A stretch of 64,000 nt of DNA from an uncultured Porphyromonas sp. (GTDB lineage: Bacteria; Bacteroidota; Bacteroidia; Bacteroidales; Porphyromonadaceae): contig NZ_CALIXW010000035.1 in assembly GCF_938046015.1 (NCBI RefSeq), forward strand, positions 18,989-82,988. The letters are read 5' to 3'. Made by a program: the position numbers and the translations under genes. Shown here piece by piece: positions 29,285 through 39,359 of the stretch (its first letter is position 1; every line of letters begins with the position of its first letter). A model generated the notes under the pieces. It was not told the DNA's origin. It did no database searches and worked only from the letters and a program-made list of their open reading frames with translations.

Positions 29285-32200
29285 CTAGTCGGCGATGATG
29301 CTCATCTCGGCACCGCTGGCGTAGTCGCCACCGTTCTGCGCCGAGAGGGCCGTGAAGCGGAGGTAGCGGGCGCGCTGAGGCTGGCTGAGGTCGACGCGCT
29401 TGAGCTTCTTGTCCTTGACGAAGCTCCCCTTCTGCACCTCCGTCCAGGTCTTGCCGTCCTGACTGATGGAGATGGCGTAGTCCTTGACGTCGCCCGTCCA
29501 GCTCTCATCCTGACGTGGCAGGTAGGTGAAGGCTCGGATGAGCTTGGGCTGAAGGATGTCAAAGTCGACCCAGTGGGGGTACTTGGCTACCGTCACGGAG
29601 TACATGCTGTGCCAGATCGAGGCGGGGTCGAAGTCGAGGAGGTTCGCTGCCTCGTCGCCGTAGGGCACCTCCTCGCTGCTGGCAGAGAGGATGGTCGCCT
29701 GCACCGTCTCTACGCGGGTGAAGTGCTCGACGCTCACCAGCTCGGGGTGACGCCTATCCCAGGCCTTGACCTCGACGGGCTCGCGCATCAGCACGGGGCC
29801 CGTGTAGCGCTGCGCCTTAGTCTTGCCGATCTGGATCATCAGCTCGGCGCCAGGGCGTGCCTTCAGGCTGAGCATGCCATCCAGCCCGCGGGCGATGATG
29901 GGAGCAGCGGCTGCCTGGGGGACGGTCGTGCTGTGCGTCTGCTGAGGCTTGATACCACGCAGCGGGCGGATTGTCAGGCCGAAGTAGTGGGGCTCGGCCT
30001 TCGTCTGGTACTGCTCGGTGGGAGGGCCCTGACCGCAGCTGAAGCCGCCGAGACCCGTGGAGCTGATCCCCAGCACGAGGTGCGTATCCCCAGCAGGGGG
30101 CAGCTCCGTGGGGTGTGGGGCGAACAGCAGATCCAGGGCCGAGTAGGGCAGGGCGGAGCTCGTCATCACGCTGTCGGAGATGAAGAGGAGGCCATTGCCT
30201 GCGGCGTTCGTCAGGCTCGTCCAGCGTACGTCCTCGCGGTTGGCCATCGTCTGGGGCTTGGGGAAGGAGATGAACTGGCCTGCGACGGTGCTCTGGTGGA
30301 GCTGGACGAACTGGCCGCTCTTGCGGTCGCCGTAGTTATTGATCGGGCCACGGCCGTAGTAGCGGTACTGGTCGTAGCTCTTGGGCAGGACGAACTCATA
30401 GCCGAGACGCGCCAGGACGAGGTTCGGCTTATTGGAGCTGATGCCCGAGTTCAGCTGGATCGTCCCGTCGGGGCGTACCGTCCAGACGACCTGTGAGGTG
30501 AAGTGGAAGTCCTCGGGACCGAAGCGCTGCGTCGTGTCCTCGATGATCTCGTAGCGGCCCGAGGCGCGCTCCATCTTGAGGACGGCAGCGTTCGGCGCCT
30601 GTGAGCGCACGGTGAAGAAGAGCTGTAGCGAGCCGTCGGCGAGGTGCTGCACCTTGTACTGCTGTACCTGATGGCGGAGGTTGTGCAGGCCGTTGGCTAC
30701 CCAGCGTCTGCGTGCCCAGATATCATTGTCGGCAGGGGCGCGGAAGGCGTCGAGGCGGGGACCCTGACCAGGGCGCAGCAGCGTATCGCCTGCGTAGACG
30801 AGGCTGGAGAGCGTACCCTCCTTGAGGTCGAAGGCAGCGGAGAAGTCCCTACCCGTGACGCTGTAGCTATCCCCCTCCTTAGTGACCTTCGCCAGGCGCA
30901 GTCCGCCCGTAGGCTGGGCGACCTCAGGGCGCTTGCTCTGGTAGGGGAGCTGCTCGTCGGCCTGCACGTAGCCAGCCTTAGCCCAGGGCTTGTCTACCTT
31001 GAGGGCGAGCCCGAGGGTGAGGAAGTACTCCTTCTCGGGCGAGGCCACCCCCAGCTGGCTGGGATCTAGGCTCAGCTCGGCCGACTGGCGAGGCCCGATG
31101 GCGGGGAGCTGCTGCGTGCCGCTCTTGGTGACCACGCCGTCCTCGATGAGGCGCCAGCGTAGCTCGTAGTCGGAGAGGTCGGTGAAGTAGTTCTTATTGC
31201 TGATGCGCAGGCGGTGCGCTGCACGGTCAGCCCAGGCGAAGCCTACATTCTGATACACCTTCTTGACCTCGTAGTACTGAGGCTTGGGCTCGAGGTCAGC
31301 GAAGACCAGGCCGTTCATGACGAACATCCCGCTATTGGGCTTGTCGCCGAAGTCACCGCCGTAGGCTAGGTAGCGCGTGCCGTCGGGCTTATAGTTGTAG
31401 AGCGCCTGGTCGACCCAGTCCCAGATGGCACCGCCGCAGATGAAGTTGGTGCTCTCGATGGCCTGCCACATGTCGCTGAGGCCGCCACAGGCATTGCCCA
31501 TGGAGTGGGCGTACTCCGAGATGTGGAAGGGATACTTGATCTTGTAGCCACCCTTCGCCGCACCCTGCACCCAGGAGACGGAGGGGTACTGGTTGGAGCC
31601 CATGTCGACGATCTCGTTGTTGCGCTCGTACTGGATGGGGCGCGAGGTGTCGAGCTTCTTGGTAGCCTGGTAGCTCTTGACGAAGTTCACGCCTGGGCCC
31701 GCCTCGTTACCCAGCGACCAGATGACGATGGAGGGGTGGTTATAGTTGGCATGCACCATCTCCAGCATGCGCGCCACGTGCTGCGTCTCCCACTCGGGGA
31801 CGTGCGAGAGCGAGGCCTCGCCGTAGTAGTACTCGTGCGACTCGATGTTGGCCTCGTCCTCGAGGTAGATACCGTACTTGTCGCAGAGGTAGTACCAGTA
31901 GGGGCTGGGGGGGTAGTGCGAGTTGCGCACGTGGTTGATATTGGCGCGCTTCATCATCATGACCTCGCGCTCCATCTGCTCCTTGGTGATGGCGTGGCCT
32001 AGGGCGGGGTTGGTCTCGTGGCGGTTCGTGCCCTTGAGCTTGACGGGCTTGCCATTGACATAGTAGTAGCGCCCAGCGATGCCGAACTCATCCTCCGAGG
32101 CAGGCGTGTCCTTGATCTCCACCGTGCGGAAGCCCGTGTAGGTCGAGGCCTTATCTAGGAGCGTCTTGCCCGCAGCGTCGTAGAGCTCGGCCACGAGGAC

Positions 32201-33316
32201 ATAGCGCCAAGGTGCTTCGGCAGACCACATTCGGGGCTGCGAGAGCGTCAGCTGCGCCTCCGTCGTGCCGAAGGCGCTTACCTTCGCTGTGGCCGTAGCT
32301 ACGGGACGTGCTTCGGCTTCGTCCGAGTAGAGGGGCAGGCCGTAGAGGCTGTAGCGGAGCTGCTGCCCAGGCTTAGCCTTTTTGCTCAGGGAGCTCACCT
32401 CGGCGGTGATGCTCAGCGTGCCCGTCTGGTAGTCCTTCGTGAGGCCGGGCAGTACACGCAGGTCACGCAGCTGCGTCTGGGGCTTGGCCGTCAGGTAGAC
32501 GGAGCGGAAGATCCCCGGCAGGCGGAACATGTCCTGCGACTCGAGGAAGGAGCCATCGCTGCTACGGTAGACCTCGACGGCCACGGTATGCTCCTTGAGC
32601 TTGGGGTCGAGGTAGGGGGAGATGTCGAAGGAGGCGAGGTTGCGCGAGTTCTTCGAGAAGCCCACGTAGCGCCCGTCGATCCAGAGATAGAAGAAGGAGT
32701 CTACGCCGTCGAAGTTGAGGTAGACGGCCTTGCCCGCCCACTCACTGGGGACACTGAACTGGCGCAGGTAGGAGCCCACCTCGTTTCGATCGCGGTAGGT
32801 CGTCCAGTCCTTGGGGGGCGTACGCATGACGCCCTTCTTCCAGTCGCCGACCTTGACCTCGTGGTAGAAGATCACGGGCTGATTGACGTAGATAGGTGTG
32901 CCGTAGCGCTGCGTGCCGTCCTTCTGCAGGCCGTAGACGTTCCAGCTCATCGGGACATTGACCTCATCCCAGCGGGAGGCGTCGTAGCCCAGGCGGTAGA
33001 AGTCCTGGGGACGCTCCTCAGGGGTGCGTACCCAGTGGAAGCGCCAGCGGCCGTCGAGGCTGCGGTAGAGGCTACTGTGCTCGGGCAGCACACGCTCGGC
33101 ACGGTCGCCCGCGGCGAAGGAGAAGAAATAGCTGTGGGGGAGCTGCTTGTTGCGTGCGTAGTCCTCGGGGCTCTGCCACTCCTGCCCTGTGGGGGCGGCC
33201 TCCGTACGGAAGGAGTAGCCAGGCAGCAGGGCCTGAGCGCCGAGGTCTACTCCACGGCCTAGGAGCAGCGCGGCTGCGGCGAGCAGCACGAGGCGCTTCT
33301 TGGTGTAGCGATTCAT
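29285..33316 (-). CDS. glycoside hydrolase family 2 beta-galactosidase, large multidomain enzyme with C-terminal F5/8 type C (discoidin) domain
   Basis: 1343 aa with signal peptide. GH2 catalytic motifs WSLGNEAG and EYAHSMGNACGG. C-terminal discoidin-like region (YLRFTALSAQNGGDYASGAEMSI). Confidence 0.85.
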   Translation of the reverse strand: MNRYTKKRLVLLAAAALLLGRGVDLGAQALLPGYSFRTEAAPTGQEWQSPEDYARNKQLPHSYFFSFAAGDRAERVLPEHSSLYRSLDGRWRFHWVRTPEERPQDFYRLGYDASRWDEVNVPMSWNVYGLQKDGTQRYGTPIYVNQPVIFYHEVKVGDWKKGVMRTPPKDWTTYRDRNEVGSYLRQFSVPSEWAGKAVYLNFDGVDSFFYLWIDGRYVGFSKNSRNLASFDISPYLDPKLKEHTVAVEVYRSSDGSFLESQDMFRLPGIFRSVYLTAKPQTQLRDLRVLPGLTKDYQTGTLSITAEVSSLSKKAKPGQQLRYSLYGLPLYSDEAEARPVATATAKVSAFGTTEAQLTLSQPRMWSAEAPWRYVLVAELYDAAGKTLLDKASTYTGFRTVEIKDTPASEDEFGIAGRYYYVNGKPVKLKGTNRHETNPALGHAITKEQMEREVMMMKRANINHVRNSHYPPSPYWYYLCDKYGIYLEDEANIESHEYYYGEASLSHVPEWETQHVARMLEMVHANYNHPSIVIWSLGNEAGPGVNFVKSYQATKKLDTSRPIQYERNNEIVDMGSNQYPSVSWVQGAAKGGYKIKYPFHISEYAHSMGNACGGLSDMWQAIESTNFICGGAIWDWVDQALYNYKPDGTRYLAYGGDFGDKPNSGMFVMNGLVFADLEPKPQYYEVKKVYQNVGFAWADRAAHRLRISNKNYFTDLSDYELRWRLIEDGVVTKSGTQQLPAIGPRQSAELSLDPSQLGVASPEKEYFLTLGLALKVDKPWAKAGYVQADEQLPYQSKRPEVAQPTGGLRLAKVTKEGDSYSVTGRDFSAAFDLKEGTLSSLVYAGDTLLRPGQGPRLDAFRAPADNDIWARRRWVANGLHNLRHQVQQYKVQHLADGSLQLFFTVRSQAPNAAVLKMERASGRYEIIEDTTQRFGPEDFHFTSQVVWTVRPDGTIQLNSGISSNKPNLVLARLGYEFVLPKSYDQYRYYGRGPINNYGDRKSGQFVQLHQSTVAGQFISFPKPQTMANREDVRWTSLTNAAGNGLLFISDSVMTSSALPYSALDLLFAPHPTELPPAGDTHLVLGISSTGLGGFSCGQGPPTEQYQTKAEPHYFGLTIRPLRGIKPQQTHSTTVPQAAAAPIIARGLDGMLSLKARPGAELMIQIGKTKAQRYTGPVLMREPVEVKAWDRRHPELVSVEHFTRVETVQATILSASSEEVPYGDEAANLLDFDPASIWHSMYSVTVAKYPHWVDFDILQPKLIRAFTYLPRQDESWTGDVKDYAISISQDGKTWTEVQKGSFVKDKKLKRVDLSQPQRARYLRFTALSAQNGGDYASGAEMSIIAD

Positions 33317-33373
33317 GTCGGTGTAGTAGACGTTTTGGATGGTATATCTATTGTGTACTCTTGCGGTGGGGGA

Positions 33374-34393
33374 CTAGAGGAGTCCTTGGGCTCGGGCTAC
33401 CTCTAAGGTATCTCTGAGGCCTTCCTCGAGGTCGTAGCGCGGCCGCCAGCCGAGGGCGATGAGCGGGGAGGGATCGCAGCGCCAGTTGCGCTGGGCGAGG
33501 ATCGGGTACTTATCTCTATTGAGTGGCGTGACCTTCCCGCTGAGCCGCGCCCAGAGCGAGCCGAGCTGACAGACGCCCCACAGCAGCGGTAGCGGGACGC
33601 GTAGGTGCAGCACGCGGCGGCGCCCCAGCAGGCGCTGGACGAGCCGCCCGTACTCTATATCCGTATAGGTAGCGCCGTCGGAGACGATGTAGCGCTCGCC
33701 CTCAGCCTCGGGCCGAGAGAGGACGTGCAGCGCGGCACGAGCCACATCGGCGCCGTGGACGAAGGTCAGGTACTGCGTCTGACAGCCCGCCATAGCGTTG
33801 ATGCCGCCAGCGATCCCGCGCAGCGACATTAGGTAGTCCTTATCCCCTGGGCCGTAGACGCCCGTAGGCAGGAGGATGGTGAAGGGGAGGCCCGACTGCT
33901 CGGTGTAGTGCTCCGCCAGGCACTTGCTGCGGCCGTAGCGCGTCGTCGGGCGCTGCGGATCGTCGGCGCGCAGTGGGGTATCGTCGCGGTGGATGTCGCC
34001 GTAGCTGCTGAGGCTACTCATCAGGACGAAGCGCTCAGGCGGCTGCGGCAGGTCGATGAGGGCCGACAGCAGGCGTAGCGTGTGCTCGGCATTGACCTCC
34101 TGGAACTCCTCGAGTCGCGCCGTCTTAGTGATGCCCGCGTTGTGGATGACGTAGTGCCATAGGGGCTCGCCGGGATACTGGGCGCTGAGGACATGGAAGG
34201 CCGAGCGCATCTGCTCGGCATCGTAGTAGTTGACTTCCACGTAGCGTATGCCCTCACGCTCGAGGCGCTCCAGCTGGGCGCCAGCGCGTACGGCTACCCA
34301 GAGCTCGTAGCCAGCTGCCCGAGCCTCGCGCAGCATGTGGCTGCCGATGAAGCCCGAGGAGCCCGTGATCAGTAGGCGGGGTGTGGTGCTCAT
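33374..34393 (-). CDS. NAD-dependent epimerase/dehydratase (extended SDR) family protein
   Basis: 339 aa. N-terminal ITGSSGFIGSH Rossmann motif and a YxxxK region. Confidence 0.75.
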   Translation of the reverse strand: MSTTPRLLITGSSGFIGSHMLREARAAGYELWVAVRAGAQLERLEREGIRYVEVNYYDAEQMRSAFHVLSAQYPGEPLWHYVIHNAGITKTARLEEFQEVNAEHTLRLLSALIDLPQPPERFVLMSSLSSYGDIHRDDTPLRADDPQRPTTRYGRSKCLAEHYTEQSGLPFTILLPTGVYGPGDKDYLMSLRGIAGGINAMAGCQTQYLTFVHGADVARAALHVLSRPEAEGERYIVSDGATYTDIEYGRLVQRLLGRRRVLHLRVPLPLLWGVCQLGSLWARLSGKVTPLNRDKYPILAQRNWRCDPSPLIALGWRPRYDLEEGLRDTLEVARAQGLL

Positions 34394-34431
34394 GGTCTAG
34401 CTGGATCGCGTGGGTAGCGTCTAGGCGCGGG

Positions 34432-35310
34432 CTAGAAGACGGAGAAGTGCACGTAGCGCTTGGGATTCTCCTTGAGGTCGCGCATCAGGCGGTCGGCATT
34501 GTTCACCAGGCTATCCAGACGGTTGTAGAGGCTGGGGTCACTGAGCAGGAGCCCTGCCGTGTTGTCCTTGCTGCGGAGCTGTGCCGTGACCTGCTGCAGC
34601 TGGCGCGTCGTCTCGTTGAGATGCTGCATCATGGAGTCGAGCTTGAGCTGGGTGAGCTGTGCGCTGAAGGCGTTGAGGTTGCCCGTCATGCCATGCACGT
34701 TATCCATCACGGGCTTGAGGCTCTGGCTGGATTGGTTGAGGGCAGCCATCATCGCATGCAGCTGCATAGAGGATCCCTTGAGGGCCAGCAGCACGCTGTC
34801 GATACTCTTGTCGTGTAGCAGGGTGTCCAGGCGAACGAGGGTCTGCGTGATGGTGGGCATCATGTTGTTGACCGCGGGGAGGATCTGCTCGGTCGCGACT
34901 GAGAGCAGGTCGCCAGCGGGGGAGACGCTGGGGATGGTGTCGCCGTCGGAGAGGGCACGTGCGTCCTGGCCGTTGATGGTAAGGATGAGCTCCGAGCCGC
35001 TCAGCGGGTTCATCTTGATCTTGACGATACTCGTGGGGCTGACGCGTATGTGGGGATCGAGCGCTAGCTCGACGGTCGCGCCGTAGCCTCGGTTGTAGTC
35101 GAAGCGCACGTCACGCACCGAGCCGACCTTGAAGCCACTGACGATAACGGGTGTGGCGACGGTGACGCTGTTGAGGTTGTCGAAGTGCGCGTAGTAGGTC
35201 GTGGTCTTCTTGAAGATCTCGATCCCCTTGAGGTAGTTGATCCCGATGTAGCCGAGGACGAGGGCTAGGACGGTGAGGAGACCTATCTGTACTTCTTTCT
35301 TGAACTTCAT
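34432..35310 (-). CDS. MlaD/MCE-family protein
   Basis: 292 aa. N-terminal TM helix, then the MCE domain (VATPVIVSGFKVGSVRDV). Confidence 0.75.
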   Translation of the reverse strand: MKFKKEVQIGLLTVLALVLGYIGINYLKGIEIFKKTTTYYAHFDNLNSVTVATPVIVSGFKVGSVRDVRFDYNRGYGATVELALDPHIRVSPTSIVKIKMNPLSGSELILTINGQDARALSDGDTIPSVSPAGDLLSVATEQILPAVNNMMPTITQTLVRLDTLLHDKSIDSVLLALKGSSMQLHAMMAALNQSSQSLKPVMDNVHGMTGNLNAFSAQLTQLKLDSMMQHLNETTRQLQQVTAQLRSKDNTAGLLLSDPSLYNRLDSLVNNADRLMRDLKENPKRYVHFSVF

Positions 35311-35361
35311 ATAGAGCGGGCTGAGCAGTAGTGATGAATCGGATGAATGGGAGTGAGGGGG

Positions 35362-36579
35362 CTAGCGCAGGCGCTGTGAGCCCTTGTAGGGGACGATGTA
35401 GGCATCCTGGTAGGCCTTAGGTAGCGCTTTGATCTGAGCTTGGGCTTCGGCCTTGGTCTTGCAGGCGGGTAGTAGGTAGATATAAGCCTTACCCGCCTGC
35501 TGTCGTTCGATGGGCTGGGGGAGGCGGCGGAAGCGCGCGTCCTTGGTGTCGATCTTCTCGGGGGAGGAGAGGAACTGCACGCGGTAGTGTAGCCCTTCGG
35601 TGAGCTTGGTCTCGGGTTGCTGCTTGAAGGCCTCCTTGACCTTCGTGGCGACGCTGGAGTTGGCTGAGGAGCTGGAGCTGCTGCGCTCGCTACGTGTGGG
35701 GCTCGAGCTGCTGGACTTGGCGGGGCTAGCCGTGATGCTGTCGGCCGTGTTCTCGACCTGAGCACTGGGCTCGGCCTCGGGCTCGGGGGCGGTCGTCGCG
35801 CTGTCGCGTCGGGTACTGCGGGGGCTGGCCTTGCCGCGCCAGGCGGCGTAGTAGCTGGAGAAGGCTCCCGCTATGGAGCTGGCGAGTTCCTCCTGACCCT
35901 GGGTGGAGAGCATGTAGGCGGCCTCGCTGGCGTTGGAGAGGAAGCCGATCTCGGTAAGCACGCTGGGCATAGCGGACTGACTGAGTACCCAGAGGATGTC
36001 CTGACGTACGCCGCGGCTGTAGCGGCCTGAGCGGTGGTAGTGACGCTGTATGTGGTTCGCCAGGTCAATACTCTTGTTGAAGTAGGCGTCCTGCATGAGG
36101 TCAAACATGATGTAGCTCTCCGTCGAGGTCGGGTCGAAGCCTCGGTAGGTCGTCTTATAGTCGCTCTCCAGGAGCATGGCCTTGTTCTCGCGCATCGCTA
36201 CGCTGAGGTTGTTGGCCAGCTTGGCAACGCCGAGGACGTAGGTCTCGGTGCCGTAGACGCTCTTGGACGGGGCGCTATTGACGTGGATGCTGAGCATCAT
36301 CGAGGCCTTGTTGCGGTTGGCGAAGTCCGCACGCTCCTGCAGCCCGACGAAGACGTCGGTACGGCGCGTGTAGAGGACGCGTACCTCGGGGTGCGAGGCC
36401 TGGATCTTCGCCCCGACGAGCTTGGCCACGGCGAGCGTGATGTCCTTCTCCTTACCTCCATTGCCTACGGTACCCGAGTCCTTACCCCCGTGTCCTGCAT
36501 CCAGGACGACGGTGAATAGGCGCTGCGCCTCCACCCACTGGGGGCAGAGCAGACCGAGGAGGAGGATGAAGAGCCCCAT
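35362..36579 (-). CDS. N-acetylmuramoyl-L-alanine amidase (Amidase_3) with Ser-rich linker and C-terminal SPOR domain
   Basis: VVLDAGHGGKDSGTVG...SIHVN amidase_3 motifs. C-terminal SPOR-like YRVQFLSS...AYIVPYKG. Start placed at MGLFILLLGLL; the ORF extends to 36618. Confidence 0.85.
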   Translation of the reverse strand: MGLFILLLGLLCPQWVEAQRLFTVVLDAGHGGKDSGTVGNGGKEKDITLAVAKLVGAKIQASHPEVRVLYTRRTDVFVGLQERADFANRNKASMMLSIHVNSAPSKSVYGTETYVLGVAKLANNLSVAMRENKAMLLESDYKTTYRGFDPTSTESYIMFDLMQDAYFNKSIDLANHIQRHYHRSGRYSRGVRQDILWVLSQSAMPSVLTEIGFLSNASEAAYMLSTQGQEELASSIAGAFSSYYAAWRGKASPRSTRRDSATTAPEPEAEPSAQVENTADSITASPAKSSSSSPTRSERSSSSSSANSSVATKVKEAFKQQPETKLTEGLHYRVQFLSSPEKIDTKDARFRRLPQPIERQQAGKAYIYLLPACKTKAEAQAQIKALPKAYQDAYIVPYKGSQRLR

Positions 36580-36890
36580 ACGGAGCGTGTGCGATGCTGA
36601 CCTAGAGCGAGGACACATAGCTGAGCTATACCTGGTGATGACGATGGGTGCTATCGTAGACGCGTCCAGAGGGCTCGCGCGCAGGATAGCTTATATATAT
36701 ATTACAATGCAACAAAGATACGGCTTTTCCCAAAGGGAAGACGTGCCCAGAGCTCAGGTGACAGCCCGTACTGGAGGAATTTAGTTCAAGGGGTGAGCTC
36801 CTACCCTGCCTTCGGTGGCTCCCCCACGGCCTCTTAGGGGTGGGCGAAGCTCCTCATAAGGCACGCCGCTCGTCCCCCTAGGCTCGGGCG

Positions 36891-36953
36891 GTCGGCACTG
36901 CCGTCCCTGAGCCGCGCGACTGATAGCAGTCGGCGCCGTGACGGATAGCTCGG
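36891..36953. repeat. diverged copy of the 22-bp unit array
   Basis: gtcggcactgccgtccctgagccgcg / cgactgatagcagtcggcgccgtgacggatagctcgg. Confidence 0.5.
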
Positions 36954-37072
36954 AAGGTGTGCTTGCTTACCTTACTCAGCTCGCTGAGCGCCTGCTATAA
37001 AGGACTTCGCCCCTGCCTCCCTCGACGAAGGGAGACAGGGGCGAAGCTATTTAGGGGGCTTGAGGCAGCGGG

Positions 37073-38266
37073 CTAGCGCTCTTCAGCAGCGAGGAGCTCG
37101 CTACACAGCTGGTAGCCCTTGATCATCATGCGGGGGATGTGGAAGGGCCCCTTGAAGAGGTTGCCCTTGGCGGGCTGCGCCACCGAGCCATCGCGGTGCA
37201 GGTAGCCGTACCACTCGCCGTACTCGTGGTCGGGCAGGTGGGCGTACATCCAGTCGCTGATCTGTCGGTGCATCTTCAGGTAGCGCTCCTCGCCCGTCAT
37301 CTGATAGGCGTAGAGCGTGGCGATGACGGCCTCGGTCTGTGGCCACCAGAACTTCATGTCCTGCGCATAGTCCTGACAGGGCAGGCCCTTGCAGTCACGG
37401 AAGTTGATGATCCCACCGTAGAGCTCGTCCCAGCCCCAGTCCCAGGACCAGTCTAGGATCTTGCAGCCGAGCTCGATGAGGTGCTTGTCACCACCGCGGT
37501 ACTTAGCCTCCTCGAGGATGAACCAAGCCGTCTCGATGCAGTGCCCTGGGTTGATGAGGCGACCGCTGAGGCTGTCGATGAACTCCCCATTGGGGCCGAC
37601 CATCTCCAGCAGCGCCTTGTACTCGGGGTGGAGGAAGTAGCGCTCCAGCTTGTCCAGCGACTCGGCGATCTGCGCGTCCAGCACAGGGTCGGGTAGAGCC
37701 TCACGGATACGGCTAGCCGTGTTGATCAGGATCATCACGATGGAGTGACCCTGCGCCTGCAGCTCCTCGGTGTACTTAGGCTCGAGGATGCCGGGCGTGG
37801 TGAGGAAGCGCTGGATGTCCTTGAAGAGCTGGACGGCCTTCTCTGCATAGCGCTTGTCTCCCGAGGCTATGGCGTACTCGCTGAAGGCGATGGCAGCGAA
37901 GCTCTCACTGAAGACATAGCGGCGTCTGCGCAGGCCGCGGCCGTCCTCCGTCACCTCGAAGAACATACGCCCATCCGTGTCGAAGCAGTGGCGCTCGATG
38001 AACTCGATGGTCGTGCGTGCGGCCTCGAGCCACTCGGGGCGCTGCTCGATCTGATTGTAGGCGAAGGAGGCGACGAAGGCGAAGCGACCTTGGAACCATA
38101 CGCTCTTGGTCGTGTCCATGAGCGTACCGTCACGATCTACGCAGGTGTAGATGCCGCCGTGCTTGCGGTCGAGACCGTGCTGGAGCCAGAAGGGGAGGAT
38201 ATTCTCCACCAGGTCCTCACGGTAGCGGTCACGCGTGGCCCGGAGGTAGTTGCTGATCTGTCCCAC
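37073..38266 (-). CDS. N-acylglucosamine 2-epimerase (AGE family; nanE-type of the Bacteroides nanLET system)
   Basis: 397 aa (alpha/alpha)6-barrel AGE family. N-terminal ILPFWLQHGLDRKHGGIYTCVDRDG. Confidence 0.85.
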   Translation of the reverse strand: MGQISNYLRATRDRYREDLVENILPFWLQHGLDRKHGGIYTCVDRDGTLMDTTKSVWFQGRFAFVASFAYNQIEQRPEWLEAARTTIEFIERHCFDTDGRMFFEVTEDGRGLRRRRYVFSESFAAIAFSEYAIASGDKRYAEKAVQLFKDIQRFLTTPGILEPKYTEELQAQGHSIVMILINTASRIREALPDPVLDAQIAESLDKLERYFLHPEYKALLEMVGPNGEFIDSLSGRLINPGHCIETAWFILEEAKYRGGDKHLIELGCKILDWSWDWGWDELYGGIINFRDCKGLPCQDYAQDMKFWWPQTEAVIATLYAYQMTGEERYLKMHRQISDWMYAHLPDHEYGEWYGYLHRDGSVAQPAKGNLFKGPFHIPRMMIKGYQLCSELLAAEER

Positions 38267-38272
38267 GTGACG

Positions 38273-39190
38273 CTAGAGCTTGTTGCCCTTGTTGAAGAAG
38301 TCGATCGCCTCGAGCTCTGCCTTGATCTGTGCCTCCTCCTCGTCGGTGATGTTGCGGAAGGGCGTGCGGTTGCCCCCGAGGTCGAGGCCCATGAGCTTCA
38401 TGATGCGCTTGCCGGCGACGATATTGCCGCGGTAGCGCGCGATGACGTTGATGACGTCCTGATTGTAGTTCTGCAGCTCACGTGCCTGCTTGAGGTCACC
38501 TGCGCGGAAGGCCTCGATGACGCCTACCAGCACATTACCGCAGTAGTTGGCCGTACCGCTGATACCGCCCTGTACGTCGCAGGCAGCGAGCCCTGCCAGC
38601 AGCGTCTCGTCGAGGCCGTGGAGCAGGTCGTACTTCCCGTCCTTGTAGAGCTTGCACTGGTTGAACTCATAGAGGTTCTCATTGGTGAACTTGATCCCTG
38701 CGAAGTTGGGGATACGGCCGTCGACCGCCTGCAGGAAGTCTGTCATCGGTAGGTAGGCACCGTTGAAGACAGGGATATGGTAGTAGTAGAAGGGGAGGTC
38801 AGGAGCACCCGAAGCGATCTCTTCGCAGTACTTGACGAGCTCCTCGATGCGGCCGACCTTGGGGAAGGGCGAGGCCATGGAGCCGATCCCCCAGGCACCG
38901 ATCTTCTGGGCGTGCTGTGCCAGACGATGTGCCGAGCGGACGCTGGTGCTGCCCACGTGGACGATGACCTTGAAGTCCTTGGGTGCTACCTCGACCCACT
39001 TCTCCGCTAGGAGCATACGCTCCTCATCGCTGAGCATGTAGCCCTCACCCGATGAGCCGTTGATGAAGACGCCCTTGAGGCCATTGCGGTGCAGCATCTC
39101 TGCGTAGCGAGCGATAGGCTCGAGATTGACGTCGCCGTTCTTGTCGAAGGGCGTGAAGGGGGCTACGAGCAGCCCTTGGATATGTGCCAT
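38273..39190 (-). CDS. nanA: N-acetylneuraminate lyase (DapA/NAL family)
   Basis: 305 aa. GLLVAPFTPFDKNGDVN...GVFINGSSGEG and a Schiff-base Lys region. Sits 6 bp upstream of the epimerase on the same strand. Confidence 0.85.
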   Translation of the reverse strand: MAHIQGLLVAPFTPFDKNGDVNLEPIARYAEMLHRNGLKGVFINGSSGEGYMLSDEERMLLAEKWVEVAPKDFKVIVHVGSTSVRSAHRLAQHAQKIGAWGIGSMASPFPKVGRIEELVKYCEEIASGAPDLPFYYYHIPVFNGAYLPMTDFLQAVDGRIPNFAGIKFTNENLYEFNQCKLYKDGKYDLLHGLDETLLAGLAACDVQGGISGTANYCGNVLVGVIEAFRAGDLKQARELQNYNQDVINVIARYRGNIVAGKRIMKLMGLDLGGNRTPFRNITDEEEAQIKAELEAIDFFNKGNKL

Positions 39191-39273
39191 TGCTGTATAT
39201 AATAATGTAGTTACGGTCTGTCGGTAGTAGGGTGGGGAGTCCCCCGCCTGTCTGCGCTACCCACAGCCAGGGG

Positions 39274-39281
39274 CAAAGGTA
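39274..39281 (-). promoter_or_regulatory. possible -7 box (TACCTTTG on the - strand) for nanA-epimerase
   Basis: TAnnTTTG motif 84 bp upstream of the nanA ATG. Confidence 0.3.
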
Positions 39282-39301
39282 AGAATATTCTCGAATGCGA
39301 A

Positions 39302-39335
39302 GACGCCCGACGAACCCATCGGTTCGTCGGGCGTC
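39302..39335 (-). terminator. hairpin downstream of efp
   Basis: gacgcccgacgaacc/catcg/gttcgtcgggcgtc, followed on the - strand by a modestly T-rich tract. Confidence 0.45.
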
Positions 39336-39359
39336 CTGGTTAGCTGTGGAGCCTTGTCC

